A stretch of 64,000 nucleotides of DNA from the NCBI GenBank assembly GCA_030390025.1, contig CM059432.1:96908001-96972000 (forward strand). The letters run 5' to 3'. Under the pieces are notes generated by a model, which did no database searches, was not told the DNA's origin, and saw only the letters and a list, made by a program, of their open reading frames with translations. Source of the stretch: Squalus acanthias. Its lineage: Eukaryota. The position numbers and the translations under genes are program-made. Positions 36,685-48,047 of the stretch are shown here, piece by piece. The stretch's first letter is position 1. Each line of letters begins with the position of its first letter.

Positions 36685-38493
36685 TCATGGGGTACGATTA
36701 GACGGTCCTGCGGCACCTATGGGGCCGGTAGCAACCGCCACCTTTCCATGTGCACTCAATAAACTGCGCATGGCTCCCAACACTACTTCGAGGTCGTCGG
36801 GAGGGGTGGGTGCACTAGCTTCCCTTGCAGGGACAGGCGTCTGGGCTCGGGCTGCGGGAATTTTATCCCTGGAATCCTTCCAAGGGTTCCTGCAATTCTT
36901 GCGCCAGTGCCCTGTCTTCCCACACCCGTAACAAGCATTACTTGCCTGCGGGGCGCGATTCCCCTCCTGATGCCACTCCCTTTGATACGGGGCTGCGGGT
37001 CGTACCTCATGTACTTTTCCCTTAAGGGGACGTGTTCCCATACCCCTTATATTGCGATATCCTAACGTGAGTCGATTCAAGACCGACTCTTCCGTAATGT
37101 TGGGGTCATTGGGATCAAACCATGCTTTTGCCTGCTCTCTGACGGCTGGTAAACTGTTGGCTACTATGCACCTAAGCCAATGATTTAAACCGGCGCCGTC
37201 CATATCGTCGCGCTCTAGCGCACCTAGACAGCTGCGCTGATATACTGGCCACAGCCTGTCGGCAAAAACCTTCGGGGGTTCTCCCTCCATCTGCACTGTC
37301 TGTCCCACTCTAGCGAACGGACCTTCATCGTCCGCCCCCAACACTTCCAGGACCTCATTCTTTAATGCCTCATAAGTCTTGGTTCCCCTCTTGCTCTCTC
37401 CCGAGAGACACTGAAGGATTGAACTGCCTAACGAAAACAACAGCATTTTTGCTGTTTCCCCATCATCGCAGCCGTTAATGGCTGCGGTTTGCTCAACTTC
37501 TCTGAAATGTACGGAAGGGTCGTCTAACTCGGTCAGCTTCCGTACATGACTTATCATAACTCTCAGCTGGTGTGAGCTGTGAGGCAACACAAGCTGGCCG
37601 AGGAGATCCCCTGGTTCCCCCCCACCGTTTCTGTTTGGGCCCCTTTTTATACCCGTTACTGGATACAACGGTCCCTTTTCCACTTCTTTCTCAATGGGCT
37701 CTTTCGTTTCTTCCACTACTTCCTCCCTTACCCAGGTTTCCGAATAGCTGGGTGGCGCGGAGGGCGCAGTGGCTAATACTTCCTCTGCTTTACTTGGTGG
37801 GGACTTCTGAAACTCCTCTTTTACTAGCGGCTGGTGTGCTGACGGACTGATAAGGCACACCATGCCATGCGCTTTGTTTACGGCCCTTTTGAGGTGCTCT
37901 ATCTCTTTTTGGCAGGCGCTATGATCGGCTCCCTGAAACTTATCCTCAAGGGCCAACTTATATGCCGCCCTAACCCCCGTTAAGCTCTCTTCCTGAGTTC
38001 TTATCTGGGCAGCTTGGCGGGCACATCGTTCCTTTAATCTGCCCTCATTTAACTTTGCCTCAGTGACCTGGCACTCGAGGTATTCTATCCTTGTTTTATG
38101 GTGACTGGAGATTTCCTGGCGTTCTTGGTGCAGCGCACTTAAATTCCTAATGAGCAACTCCCCTCCAGAGACCTTCTCATCCATTTCTCCCTCTAAATGA
38201 CTGATTCGAGCTGTTAGCGCTGTAATGACCTGGTTTGAAATCTGGACCTGCCTTTTGTAACACATTAGCCAGACTGCTTTCTCGAGTGTCTTTTTATGTT
38301 CTTTACTATCTGTCCACCTTTCGGCTGCCTCTAGTGGACTTTTATCCGCTAACAATTCACTTATCCATTTCTTAGTTAGATTAACCTTTCCGAACACATA
38401 ATCTGCTATCTTTTCCTGCATAACATTTCGTACAGTCATACCAAAGTCTAACACACTACCCTCTCGCTGCCAGTGTCCTGCCGCGGTCGCCAT
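36685..38493 (-). CDS. gag: Gag-like protein (602 aa) with coiled-coil-like region and one CCHC zinc knuckle
   Basis: Uninterrupted ORF from ATG 38493; CYGCGKTGHWRKNC; PSAPPSY (PSAP plus PPxY late-domain-like). Confidence 0.88.
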   Translation of the reverse strand: MATAAGHWQREGSVLDFGMTVRNVMQEKIADYVFGKVNLTKKWISELLADKSPLEAAERWTDSKEHKKTLEKAVWLMCYKRQVQISNQVITALTARISHLEGEMDEKVSGGELLIRNLSALHQERQEISSHHKTRIEYLECQVTEAKLNEGRLKERCARQAAQIRTQEESLTGVRAAYKLALEDKFQGADHSACQKEIEHLKRAVNKAHGMVCLISPSAHQPLVKEEFQKSPPSKAEEVLATAPSAPPSYSETWVREEVVEETKEPIEKEVEKGPLYPVTGIKRGPNRNGGGEPGDLLGQLVLPHSSHQLRVMISHVRKLTELDDPSVHFREVEQTAAINGCDDGETAKMLLFSLGSSILQCLSGESKRGTKTYEALKNEVLEVLGADDEGPFARVGQTVQMEGEPPKVFADRLWPVYQRSCLGALERDDMDGAGLNHWLRCIVANSLPAVREQAKAWFDPNDPNITEESVLNRLTLGYRNIRGMGTRPLKGKVHEVRPAAPYQREWHQEGNRAPQASNACYGCGKTGHWRKNCRNPWKDSRDKIPAARAQTPVPAREASAPTPPDDLEVVLGAMRSLLSAHGKVAVATGPIGAAGPSNRTP

Positions 38494-38707
38494 TTTCTGT
38501 AAGGGTTTGCGTGCGTGTCTCTCAGCCTGTGAGATTCGCGCGGCTCTGTGCAGCCTGTATGTCAGTGCGGGTTTCGGCCTTGTTGCCTGTTCTGGTCTCC
38601 AGCCAGTCTGGGAGCACTAGACACACCTGTGAGTGGTTCGAATCACTCGCCCTTACGGTTCTAGACACTGGACTTAGATGCGAGAGCAGTAATGGAGATG
38701 AAACTCA

Positions 38708-40172
38708 TGTAGACTCGGTTGAATGGTACGAAATGGAAAATCTTTATTGCATAATATTCAAGATTACGAAATACATGTCATAAGCACAGATTAATGACAG
38801 TACAATCTTACACGCAGTTATGTAGCTAATTCTAGGGAAACGAGGAACGAACGACACACCGTAAATGGGGGCACACATTACAAGTATCCTTAATACTTAA
38901 GCCCTCCCCTATCAATATCTGTCCTAGCTAGATTCGTAGGATTCGAGACTCATGCTCACCACTCGTGATAACTCGGAGAAATTCCGAGTAGCTGATCGGA
39001 TGTTTTCACCGCAGCACCCACGTGTCGATCAGGGGGTCTCCTGGCCCCACTTGTTTACTTGCTTCTGCTCCGGCTAGCAGGCTGGAACGTCTGTTGTTAC
39101 GAAGATCTCTGTTGGTTGGTTTCACGTACCAGTCAACACTTAAGAGAATAATCTCTCGGTGTCCGTCATGAGGATCTGCCCTGATGGGTTTCACAGATCA
39201 GTCAATATCTCAAAGGAGAATCTTTCGGGGTCCGTTCTTTAAAGTTCAAAGAAGTCTTCCTGGCAAGGAGAAATGTCTATTCGACCTACAGGCGCGGTCG
39301 GGGCTTACTGACCGTGGCGATAAGTATGATCTTCGTCTCTTCTCATCTCATCTCATCTCTTCTCGGGCCTTTGGTTCCGATGCCGGTTACCAACACAGAT
39401 CTTCGTGACACAACACGAGGTAGATCCGAACAGATCACAAAGTTCAACAGTCTTTTAAAAGAGACACCAGGCAAACAGGAACAAGTCGGCGAGTCAAGAA
39501 CACAGGAGCAGCCACGAGGATGAACACCAGCAAGATAAGAGAAAGATGGATGGTTGGAGCTTGTAATTATAGTACAAAATCTTCCGTTTCCCGCCCAACC
39601 TTAATGCCTTTTCTTTTGTTTGGGTTTGGCGCTCAAATGTCTTGTATAGGTGATCTCCGTTTTTAATGGGTTTCGGGGCTACTCGTAAATGTCTGAGTAC
39701 CTGTTAATATTTCTCCCATTGTTAAATCGGTCGGTGTTCTCCCTGGAGGGGTTTTGGGGCTTCCAAGTGTCTTGTGTAACTACCCGCTAACGGCTCTCTC
39801 ATCGTAGAGTCGTTGGGATTTTACATATTAATGTCTTTGGATGGGCCCTTGATTACTTGGTACAATAGCCTTTATTCGTACCCGGGAGACCGATTTCAGT
39901 ATCTATGTGTATACTGCAAACCCATGATGTCTTGTGTATTATCTTCAATGTGCTGAATCTTAATCGATCTTGCACAAATGTTTATTGGAACGCCATCTTG
40001 TCTGTCTGTCGAAAAGTCTAGAATGTTCCGCCACGAGGTGCGGCGGCCATTTTACAGGCTGCTTGTGTCCACTTTGAAAACCTGACAGCATTCTGCTGAA
40101 ATAAAGCTGTTTGAACGAAACTATGTGTTTTTCTCCTTATTTATAAAATCGCGATATATTGCGAATTCTACA
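38708..40172 (-). repeat. 5' LTR, about 1465 bp
   Basis: Starts TGTAGA at 40172 exactly where CR1 homology stops; ends TCTACA at 38708; AATAAA at 38748-38743; inner end inferred because there is no second LTR. Confidence 0.72.
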
Positions 40173-40739
40173 GTGACCAATTCATTAAACGTGATATCCA
40201 TCATGTCCTCAGCATCGCGAATGCTCCAGTATGCATCCATTTGCAGCTCCAGCGCCGCAAAGCGGTCTGCAATAGCTGCAGCTGGATACACTTCCTGCAC
40301 ACATGGTCGTCAGGGACACAGGAAGTGTCCCTGATTTCCCACATCGCGCAGGAGGAGCATACCACAGGGCCAAGCTGTGCTGCCATGACTTACCCTTTAA
40401 TTATTTTAATTTAAATTAAATCAAATCAATACCAGCAATTACACTTCAATTAAATGTTATACTCAAGGGCCCTTGTTTACTAGCACTCTCCGCTACACAA
40501 CAGAGACCTTAGAAACGAAAACCACAAAATTAAGACCTTCTAAACTTGATAAATTATTAACCTTAACTGTCAAACTATAGAGTAGTATAAATACTCACCT
40601 GGCCATACTCACCCAATCAGCTGCTTCCTCTTGCCTGCGTCACTTTTTGAATCATGACGTGGCTCTGAAATGCTGCCGCCGATCTGTGAGATTGGTAAGT
40701 CTTTGAAAAAAAGCCCGTGAAAGTGAGTTTAAACACTCA

Positions 40740-43700
40740 GGGGGAGAAATTCAGTATCGCCCCATTTGGGGTGCAATTATCGGCCGGGCGCAAAGATTAG
40801 CGCCTGGCGCTAATTATCGCCACCGACTGCAAACTTGACTTTTATCGCCCCTGGAGGTGATTGCAGCGCTATATCAGGCGCTTCACACCTGTCTTAAGGC
40901 GCAAAGGCCGAGAAGCGAGGCGTTACCTCAGAGCGCTGGCGAAGCTCATGTAATGTCAGTCAGCAATGGAACACACACACAATGGCACGGGCCAGTTCTT
41001 AAAGGGGATGGTTAATCTTGCTTTCCATCCACATCCTGCTCATTGCAGCCTTGAATCTCGGCCTGGAGAGACTTGCACATCAAATGTGCTGGAAAGAACA
41101 ATGGAGAGTACCAGGCAAAGAGCTCAGAGTGCAGCCCCCACAGTCTCTGCTAAATCGATACAAGGAATGGCAAATCAAAATGAACCTGCAAAGTGCTGCT
41201 CAGTACCCAAAACTCCTTCACACAACGTTGAATCTCTCCAGAAGTCTCTCCCTCTCTCTCTCAGAATGCGTAGTTCAAAAATGGCACCAACAATAAAAGG
41301 CAGGAAGCGGTCACCTTTAAATAGCGCTCCCCCTTTCCCTTCATGACTGCAGAACGCTCCCCTCAACCTGTCGTTGCTAGCATCAGGCGGTAAGGCAGGG
41401 GGTGCCACTCAATATCCGCTCCGGGGCGATACCGGGGCGTTGCGCACTCGAGTGACGTCACGATCTGCCGGCGCAGGAGATCGTGGCGGTAGTGTTTAGC
41501 GCCGCCGCAAAATGTCTAGTTAATTTCGCGAGCGGCGCAAACTTCGCCGCGCCTGGGCGCTAGATGCTTTGCGCCCCATTAGCGCCCTCTTAAGGTGCTA
41601 ACGGGAGGCGCAACCAACTGAATTTTTTCCCCTCACGGTCCTCTCCTGTTGCTCCCGATACCGGACTTTGAAAAAAAGCCCGCAAAAGTGAGTTTAAATA
41701 CAGTCACCTCAGCTGGTAGCATTACAGAATTATGGGGGAGAAATTCAGTATCGCCCCATTTGGGGCGCAATTATCGGCCGGGCGCAAAGATTAGCGCCTG
41801 GCGCTAATTATCGCCACCGACTGCAAACTTGCGTTTATCGCCCCTGGAGGTGATTGGAGTGCTAAATCAGGCACTTCACACCTGTCTTAAGGCGCAAAGG
41901 CCGAGGAGCGAGGTGCTACCTCAGAGCGCTGGTGAAGCTCATGTAATGTCAGTCAGCAATGGAACATACACACAATGGCACGGGCCAGTTCTTAAAGGGG
42001 ATGGTTAATCTTGCTTTCCATCCACATCCTGCTCATTGCAGCCTTGAATCTCGGCCTGGAGAGACTTGCACATCAAATGTGCTGGAAAGAACAATGGAGA
42101 GTACCAGGCAAAGAGCTCAGAGTGCAGCCCCCACAGTCTCTGCTAAATCGATACAAGGAATGGCAAATCAAAATGAACCTGCAAAGTGCTGCTCAGTACC
42201 CAAAACTCCTTCACACAACGTTGAATCTCTCCAGAAGTCTCTCCCTCTCTCTCTCAGAATGCGTAGTTCAAAAATGGCACCAACAATAAAAGGCAGGAAG
42301 CGGTCACCTTTAAATAGCGCTCCCCCTTTCCCTTCATGACTGCAGAACGCTCCCCTCAACCTGTCGTTGCTAGCGTCAGGCGGTAAGGCAGGGGGTGCCA
42401 CTCAATATCCGCTCCGGGGCGATACCGGGGCGTTGCGCACTCGAGTGACGTCACGATCTGCTGGCGCAGGAGATCGTGGCGGTAGTGTTTAGCGCCGCCG
42501 CAAAATGTCTAGTTAATTTCGCGAGCGGCGCAAACTTCGCCGCGCCTGGGCGCTAGATGCTTTGCGCCCCATTAGCGCCCTCTTAAGGTGCTAACGGGAG
42601 GCGCAACCAACTGAATTTTTTCCCCTCACGGTCCTCTCCTGTTGCTCCCGATACCGGACTTTGAAAAAAAGCCCGCAAAAGTGAGTTTAAATACAGTCAC
42701 CTCAGCTGGTAGCATTACAGAATTATGGGGGAGAAATTCAGTATCGCCCCATTTGGGGCGCAATTATCGGCCGGGCGCAAAGATTAGCGCCTGGCGCTAA
42801 TTATCGCCACCGACTGCAAACTTGCGTTTATCGCCCCTGGAGGTGATTGGAGTGCTAAATCAGGCACTTCACACCTGTCTTAAGGCGCAAAGGCCGAGGA
42901 GCGAGGTGCTACCTCAGAGCGCTGGTGAAGCTCATTTAATGTCAGTCAGCAATGGAACATACACACAATGGCACGGGCCAGTTCTTAAAGGGGATGGTTA
43001 ATCTTGCTTTCCATCCACATCCTGCTCATTGCAGCCTTGAATCTCGGCCTGGAGAGACTTGCACATCAAATGTGCTGGAAAGAACAATGGAGAGTACCAG
43101 GCAAAGAGCTCAGAGTGCAGCCCCCACAGTCTCTGCTAAATCGATACAAGGAATGGCAAATCAAAATGAACCTGCAAAGTGCTGCTCAGTACCCAAAACT
43201 CCTTCACACAACGTTGAATCTCTCCAGAAGTCTCTCCCTCTCTCTCTCAGAATGCGTAGTTCAAAAATGGCACCAACAATAAAAGGCAGGAAGCGGTCAC
43301 CTTTAAATAGCGCTCCCCCTTCCCCTTCATGACTGCAGAACGCTCCCCTCAACCTGTCGTTGCTAGCGTCAGGCGGTAAGGCAGGGGGTGCCACTCAATA
43401 TCCGCTCCGGGGCGATACCGGGGCGTTGCGCACTCGAGTGACGTCACGATCTGCCGGCGCAGGAGATCGTGGCGGTAGTGTTTAGCGCCGCCGCAAAATG
43501 TCTAGTTAATTTCGCGAGCGGCGCAAACTTCGCCGCGCCTGGGCGCTAGATGCTTTGCGCCCCATTAGCGCCCTCTTAAGGTGCTAACGGGAGGCGCAAC
43601 CAACTGAATTTTTTCCCCTCACGGTCCTCTCCTGTTGCTCCCGATACCGGACTTTGAAAAAAAGCCCGCAAAAGTGAGTTTAAATACAGTCACCTCAGCT

Positions 43701-46596
43701 GGTAGCATTACAGAATTATGGGGGAGAAATTCAGTATCGCCCCATTTGGGGCGCAATTATCGGCCGGGCGCAAAGATTAGCGCCTGGCGCTAATTATCGC
43801 CACCGACTGCAAACTTGCGTTTATCGCCCCTGGAGGTGATTGGAGTGCTAAATCAGGCACTTCACACCTGTCTTAAGGCGCAAAGGCCGAGGAGCGAGGT
43901 GCTACCTCAGAGCGCTGGTGAAGCTCATGTAATGTCAGTCAGCAATGGAACATACACACAATGGCACGGGCCAGTTCTTAAAGGGGATGGTTAATCTTGC
44001 TTTCCATCCACATCCTGCTCATTGCAGCCTTGAATCTCGGCCTGGAGAGACTTGCACATCAAATGTGCTGGAAAGAACAATGGAGAGTACCAGGCAAAGA
44101 GCTCAGAGTGCAGCCCCCACAGTCTCTGCTAAATCGATACAAGGAATGGCAAATCAAAATGAACCTGCAAAGTGCTGCTCAGTACCCAAAACTCCTTCAC
44201 ACAACGTTGAATCTCTCCAGAAGTCTCTCCCTCTCTCTCTCAGAATGCGTAGTTCAAAAATGGCACCAACAATAAAAGGCAGGAAGCGGTCACCTTTAAA
44301 TAGCGCTCCCCCTTTCCCTTCATGACTGCAGAACGCTCCCCTCAACCTGTCGTTGCTAGCGTCAGGCGGTAAGGCAGGGGGTGCCACTCAATATCCGCTC
44401 CGGGGCGATACCGGGGCGTTGCGCACTCGAGTGACGTCAAGATCTGCTGGCGCAGGAGATCGTGGCGGTAGTGTTTAGCGCCGCCGCAAAATGTCTAGTT
44501 AATTTCGCGAGCGGCGCAAACTTCGCCGCGCCTGGGCGCTAGATGCTTTGCGCCCCATTAGCGCCCTCTTAAGGTGCTAACGGGAGGCGCAACCAACTGA
44601 ATTTTTTCCCCTCACGGTCCTCTCCTGTTGCTCCCGATACCGGACTTTGAAAAAAAGCCCGCAAAAGTGAGTTTAAATACAGTCACCTCAGCTGGTAGCA
44701 TTACAGAATTATGGGGGAGAAATTCAGTATCGCCCCATTTGGGGCGCAATTATCGGCCGGGCGCAAAGATTAGCGCCTGGCGCTAATTATCGCCACCGAC
44801 TGCAAACTTGCGTTTATCGCCCCTGGAGGTGATTGGAGTGCTAAATCAGGCACTTCACACCTGTCTTAAGGCGCAAAGGCCGAGGAGCGAGGTGCTACCT
44901 CAGAGCGCTGGTGAAGCTCATTTAATGTCAGTCAGCAATGGAACATACACACAATGGCACGGGCCAGTTCTTAAAGGGGATGGTTAATCTTGCTTTCCAT
45001 CCACATCCTGCTCATTGCAGCCTTGAATCTCGGCCTGGAGAGACTTGCACATCAAATGTGCTGGAAAGAACAATGGAGAGTACCAGGCAAAGAGCTCAGA
45101 GTGCAGCCCCCACAGTCTCTGCTAAATCGATACAAGGAATGGCAAATCAAAATGAACCTGCAAAGTGCTGCTCAGTACCCAAAACTCCTTCACACAACGT
45201 TGAATCTCTCCAGAAGTCTCTCCCTCTCTCTCTCAGAATGCGTAGTTCAAAAATGGCACCAACAATAAAAGGCAGGAAGCGGTCACCTTTAAATAGCGCT
45301 CCCCCTTTCCCTTCATGACTGCAGAACGCTCCCCTCAACCTGTCGTTGCTAGCGTCAGGCGGTAAGGCAGGGGGTGCCACTCAATATCCGCTCCGGGGCG
45401 ATACCGGGGCGTTGCGCACTCGAGTGACGTCACGATCTGCCGGCGCAGGAGATCGTGGCGGTAGTGTTTAGCGCCGCCGCAAAATGTCTAGTTAATTTCG
45501 CGAGCGGCGCAAACTTCGCCGCGCCTGGGCGCTAGATGCTTTGCGCCCCATTAGCGCCCTCTTAAGGTGCTAACGGGAGGCGCAACCAACTGAATTTTTT
45601 CCCCTCACGGTCCTCTCCTGTTGCTCCCGATACCGGACTTTGAAAAAAAGCCCGCAAAAGTGAGTTTAAATACAGTCACCTCAGCTGGTAGCATTACAGA
45701 ATTATGGGCGAGAAATTCAGTATCGCCCCATTTGGGGCGCAATTATCGGCCGGGCGCAAAGATTAGCGCCTGGCGCTAATTATCGCCACCGACTGCAAAC
45801 TTGCGTTTATCGCCCCTGGAGGTGATTGGAGTGCTAAATCAGGCACTTCACACCTGTCTTAAGGCGCAAAGGCCGAGGAGCGAGGTGCTACCTCAGAGCG
45901 CTGGTGAAGCTCATGTAATGTCAGTCAGCAATGGAACATACACACAATGGCACGGGCCAGTTCTTAAAGGGGATGGTTAATCTTGTTCTCCATCCACATC
46001 CTGCTCATTGCATCCTTGAATCTCTGCCTGGAGTGACCTGCACATCAAATCTGCTGGAAAGAACAATGGAGAGTACCAGGCAAAGAGCTCAGAGTGCAGG
46101 ACCAAAGTCTCTTCTAAATCAATACAAGGAATGGCAAATCAAAATGAACCTGCAAAGTGCTGCTCAGTACCCAAAACTCCTTCACACAGCGTTGAATCTC
46201 TCCAGAAGTCTCTCCCTCTCTCTCTCAGAATGCGTAGTTCAAAAATGGCACCAACAATAAGAGGCAGGAAGCGGTCACCTTTAAATAGCACTCCCCCTTT
46301 CCCTTCATGACTGCAGAACGCTCCCCTCAACCTGTCGTTGCTTGCGTCAGGCGGTTAGGCAGGGGGCGCCACTCAATATCCGCTCCGGGGCGATACCGGG
46401 GCGTTGCGCACTCGAGTGACGTCACGATCTGCCGGCGCAGGAGATTGTGGCGGTAGTGTTTAGCGCCGCCGCAAAATGTCTAGTTAATTTCGTGAGCGGC
46501 GCAAACATGTCCGCGCCTGGGCGCTAGATGATTTGCGCCCCATTAGTGCCCTCTTAAGGCGCTAACGGGAGGCGCAACCAACTAAATTTTTCCCCC
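40740..46596 (+). repeat. Tandem array of six Harbinger MITEs, 993-bp period (about 893-bp MITE + about 100-bp spacer)
   Basis: MITE starts at 40740, 41734, 42727, 43720, 44713, 45706; ORF track repeats every 993 bp; TIR GGGGGAGAAATTCAGT. Confidence 0.97.
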
Positions 46597-48047
46597 TATG
46601 TCTCTTCTCTAGGTGTTCTAAGTTTACCATAAAAAACGGTGTAATGGCAGGTGCGTTTTACTTGATGTCATTTTTACGAAGGCAGATGTTTGTGCTTTTT
46701 TACGAAGTGTAAATTAGAACCCCTTAACCAGGGTGAACCATTGTCTTGTTCCAAAAGATTCAGACTAACGGAGCCTTTAACCTTCTGTTTCAATAAGGTT
46801 ATTGATTCAGTGTCAACAACTATCTTATCTCTAAAGCCAGAATGCTATCACAGCTTTTTCATAGTTAGGTTTCTAGATTTCCAGACCCGGTTTGTCATGT
46901 TTTAATAAGGCCAGAATTCTTTCATGGAATGGTGTATTTTTCTGAAGAGGTTATATGGCTTATTCCTTCACAGCAGGAGAGCTTGGGGGAGCAGGGGGAA
47001 GCAATCCTGCACCTCCTGGGGTGGAAGTAGTGCTGTAAGGGCAGTTACCTTTTCCCTGAAACTGTCCTCACCTCCCTTGAGTTGCTGGGTTTCCCAAGAC
47101 CTGGGAATCCCGGCTGGCCAGGGTTAAATCTGTAAGGGAAGTTAAATGTCAGGCTCCCAGCCTTATTATAATATTTAAATGTCAATCCACCTCCTGGGAG
47201 CCGGTTCGCTGCCCTCCCCCTGTTCTGCCTCCGTTAAACCCTGAAGTGGGTGGGTTGAAGGCGGGTTGAGGTCGGGTTTGAAATTTTAAAATTTTTTACA
47301 TCTCACGTGACCCCAACCCACCTGTTTTGGGTGGTTAAAATTCACCCCATTGAGTCTATAGCACAGAAACAGGCCATTCGTGCCCAACTGGTCAATGCCA
47401 GCGTTTATGTTCCACAGGAGATCCTTCCCACCCCTCTTCATCTGAACCCTGTTTAACTAAGTTACAGTCTGACACTATGTCACACATACAATAACCAAGG
47501 CGGGAATTTTCTGGCTGCCATGTGTGCCGGATTGGAGGCAGGTCGGGAATGAAAGTTGAAATAAATTGGAGCGGATCGGGAACTCGCTGTCATCCCACCT
47601 CCTCGCGCCTTTTACTTGGGCGCGTTTGCCTGCGCAGCCTCGACCTGAACGGCAAAGGCGGCCGACCTAATTTTGATAATTATTAGGTTGTTGTCAGACT
47701 GTTAAGCGTCCTTTTAACCCTACCTTTGGAATTTCACTGCATGACCACGGGAATCAAGCAGCTTGGGAACCACGACTATGAATCTGAGGCGGAAGTTCAG
47801 TCGCCATTGATGGAACTCATTACTGCACAGCATGGAAAGCACAATAAATAATCCCACCTGATACCTGGTTACTTTCCCAAGGCAGATGCTTTTGCTGAGT
47901 GCATTGTGAGCACAGATTTAGGTTTCTAGAGGTTGCAAGTGTTTTCAGCAAATTCGGGAACCACTGTCACCTCATTGTTACAACCTTTCACACCATTGAC
48001 AGATTGCTTCTTTCATCTCTACTTGACCTGCCATCTATTACATCAGC

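Larger units (their letters stand above)
32203..40172 (-). mobile_element. 3'-truncated LTR retroelement/endogenous retrovirus-like element with dual RNase H (lokiretrovirus/Odin-like architecture)
   Basis: LTR, gag, then PR-RT-tether-RNase H-IN; CR1 sequence resumes immediately at both sides; no 3' LTR or env seen. Confidence 0.88.
28642..41698 (-). mobile_element. Full-length HER1/CR1 LINE carrying a nested LTR element and a MITE
   Basis: 3' tail at 28642; ORF2 pieces 28926..29726, 29872..30828, 30844..31539; ORF1 esterase 31699..32200; ORF1 zinc finger 40201..40386; 5' UTR to 41698; TACAGTCA repeated at 28634-28641 and 41699-41706. Confidence 0.9.

Noticed and set aside
40966..46260. Repeated 126-aa, 92-aa and 77-aa ORFs as a tandem gene cluster
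   Set aside because: They lie inside TIR-bounded MITEs, show no recognisable domain and are frameshifted in unit 6
40740..46596. CRISPR-like repeat-spacer array
   Set aside because: Spacers are identical, repeats are about 893 bp and the context is eukaryotic
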